Source of the DNA: Nitrospirota bacterium
GTDB taxonomy: Bacteria > Nitrospirota > UBA9217
DNA: 64,000 nucleotides
Reading direction: 5' to 3'
Assembly (NCBI GenBank): GCA_963790205.1
Contig: CAWBNQ010000002.1
Span: 1-64,000, forward strand
Shown here: in pieces, positions 63,098-64,000 of the stretch
How positions within the stretch are numbered: the stretch's first letter is position 1
How the letters are laid out: each line of letters starts with the position of its first letter
Position numbers and translations under genes: made by a program
Notes under the pieces: model-generated
Database searches by the model: none
Told to the model about the DNA's origin: nothing
What the model saw: the letters and a program-made list of their open reading frames with translations, nothing else

Positions 63098-63203
63098 GTC
63101 GGTGTCCGCTTTTTAAAAAATATCTATAGCGACATGAGGTCAAGAACTTTATCCAGACGTCTTATCGCATGATGGGCGGGGAGGGACTCTCGTTTTACAA
63201 GGA

Positions 63204-63611
63204 TTATTTTGTCTGCACAATGGACCCGCCGCTCTTTTTAAGAGAATCGAGAATCGTGTCGACGACGACCGTGGGGTCTTTTAACGGCCCCGAGCCCGCG
63301 AGTTTTTCCTGGATGCTCTGCTCTTCATCCGGGGAAAGGGGCGCGAACTTGATCCCTCCCCGGTACTTGTTCCCGAGCTGCTTGCTCCACATGAGCAAAC
63401 CGCCTTTTCGGCCGCAAACCGTGTCGAAAAACCATACGAAACCGGGGTCTATTCGACTCTCCGCCTCGACCCCGGCCCCCTGGGGGCTCATGTCGACGAC
63501 ACTCACGACAAAGTCTGTCCAGTCCAGTCGTTTGAAGCTGATCACGCTCATCGAATAGTCTTTTTTATCCATGACGGGCTGCCTCGGCATAAGTCTCATT
63601 TCGGTCATCAT
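63204..63611 (-). CDS. PilZ-domain protein
   Basis: RLMPR (RxxxR) and DMSPQG (DxSxxG), GGIKF. Confidence 0.8.
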   Translation of the reverse strand: MMTEMRLMPRQPVMDKKDYSMSVISFKRLDWTDFVVSVVDMSPQGAGVEAESRIDPGFVWFFDTVCGRKGGLLMWSKQLGNKYRGGIKFAPLSPDEEQSIQEKLAGSGPLKDPTVVVDTILDSLKKSGGSIVQTK

Positions 63612-63747
63612 GATGTCACCTCTGGTTGTTAGAAGATCGGCTAACCTCTTCTTTTAGTTTATCGCATTAACAGCGGAAGTAAAAACGCATCTTTTGCATT
63701 AAACTGTTTCTCCGCCTTAAGCATGATAACCGTGCATGAATACAGCG

Positions 63748-63858
63748 TCCCGGTACGATCAGTAAACTCCGTTAGGCCGTGCTTGGTCCGACTAACAGTG
63801 TGAACCCTAATCTCAAGAACAATGATGCCTTTGCCCGCGGGAACCGGCGGCTTTTTTC
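63748..63858 (+). ncRNA. Candidate structured ncRNA (short 6S-like rod)
   Basis: 5' GTCCCG can pair with 3' CGGGAAC; inner ATCA/TGAT and GTTAG/CTAAC stems around an A-rich bubble; T6 tract follows. Confidence 0.3.
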
Positions 63859-63933
63859 ATGGAGTAAAGATACTATTGCCATGCGGGGTCATCTTTGCTA
63901 TATTCTCCTATCCGTGGGTTGGACGGAAGACGT

Positions 63934-64000
63934 ATGAATGATCTTGACATAAAATATATGCGTATGGCGCTTCGGCTGGCGTCGAAGGCCAGAGGGCGGA
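63934..64000 (+). CDS. ribD: N-terminus of riboflavin biosynthesis deaminase/reductase (truncated by window)
   Basis: MNDLDIKYMRMALRLASKARGR matches the D..YM..AL.LA..ARG start of RibD; only 22 codons visible. Confidence 0.7.
   Translation, partial: MNDLDIKYMRMALRLASKARGR

Noticed and set aside
63740..63930. FMN riboswitch upstream of ribD
   Set aside because: Conserved FMN motifs (GGGCAGGGTGAAATTCCC, GGATGGGAGA) are absent.

Overview
Bacterial chromosomal window, GC-rich, with a gene repertoire suggestive of a Nitrospirota/delta-proteobacteria-like organism (inference only). About 1-21 kb is an integrated element: tandem tyrosine recombinases, a CHC2-Toprim-ATPase primase/helicase and an XRE repressor, carrying a Sec-exported Rhs toxin/immunity pair, two Cys-rich secreted proteins, a 2382-aa repeat surface protein and a LuxR-type regulator. 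21-34 kb holds an M16 peptidase, a caa3-type A2 cytochrome c oxidase operon and a PAS hybrid kinase. 34.5-43 kb is a lexA/umuD-like gene and dinB, co-oriented and separated by about 6.6 kb of cargo (IS630, REPIN, SWIM protein, an integron-type cassette with attC, an iteron-like array, a HEPN/MNT pair, a GxxExxY gene). 43-64 kb is mostly housekeeping (beta-oxidation, rhlB, ftsB-like, GH57, glyQS, ppdK, PilZ, start of ribD). Best leads: (1) the GxxExxY gene is bracketed by 26-bp periodic inverted repeats that recur almost exactly as an empty 83-bp element at 24.1 kb, suggesting an autonomous/non-autonomous mobile element pair; (2) an integrase-less cassette platform beside a small ORF and an ATCTAC repeat array; (3) two unannotated 18-aa Lys-rich micro-ORFs behind an apparently inactive MNT/HEPN pair. 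Three single-base frameshifts are probably sequencing errors. All family assignments come from motif recognition by eye, not database searches.
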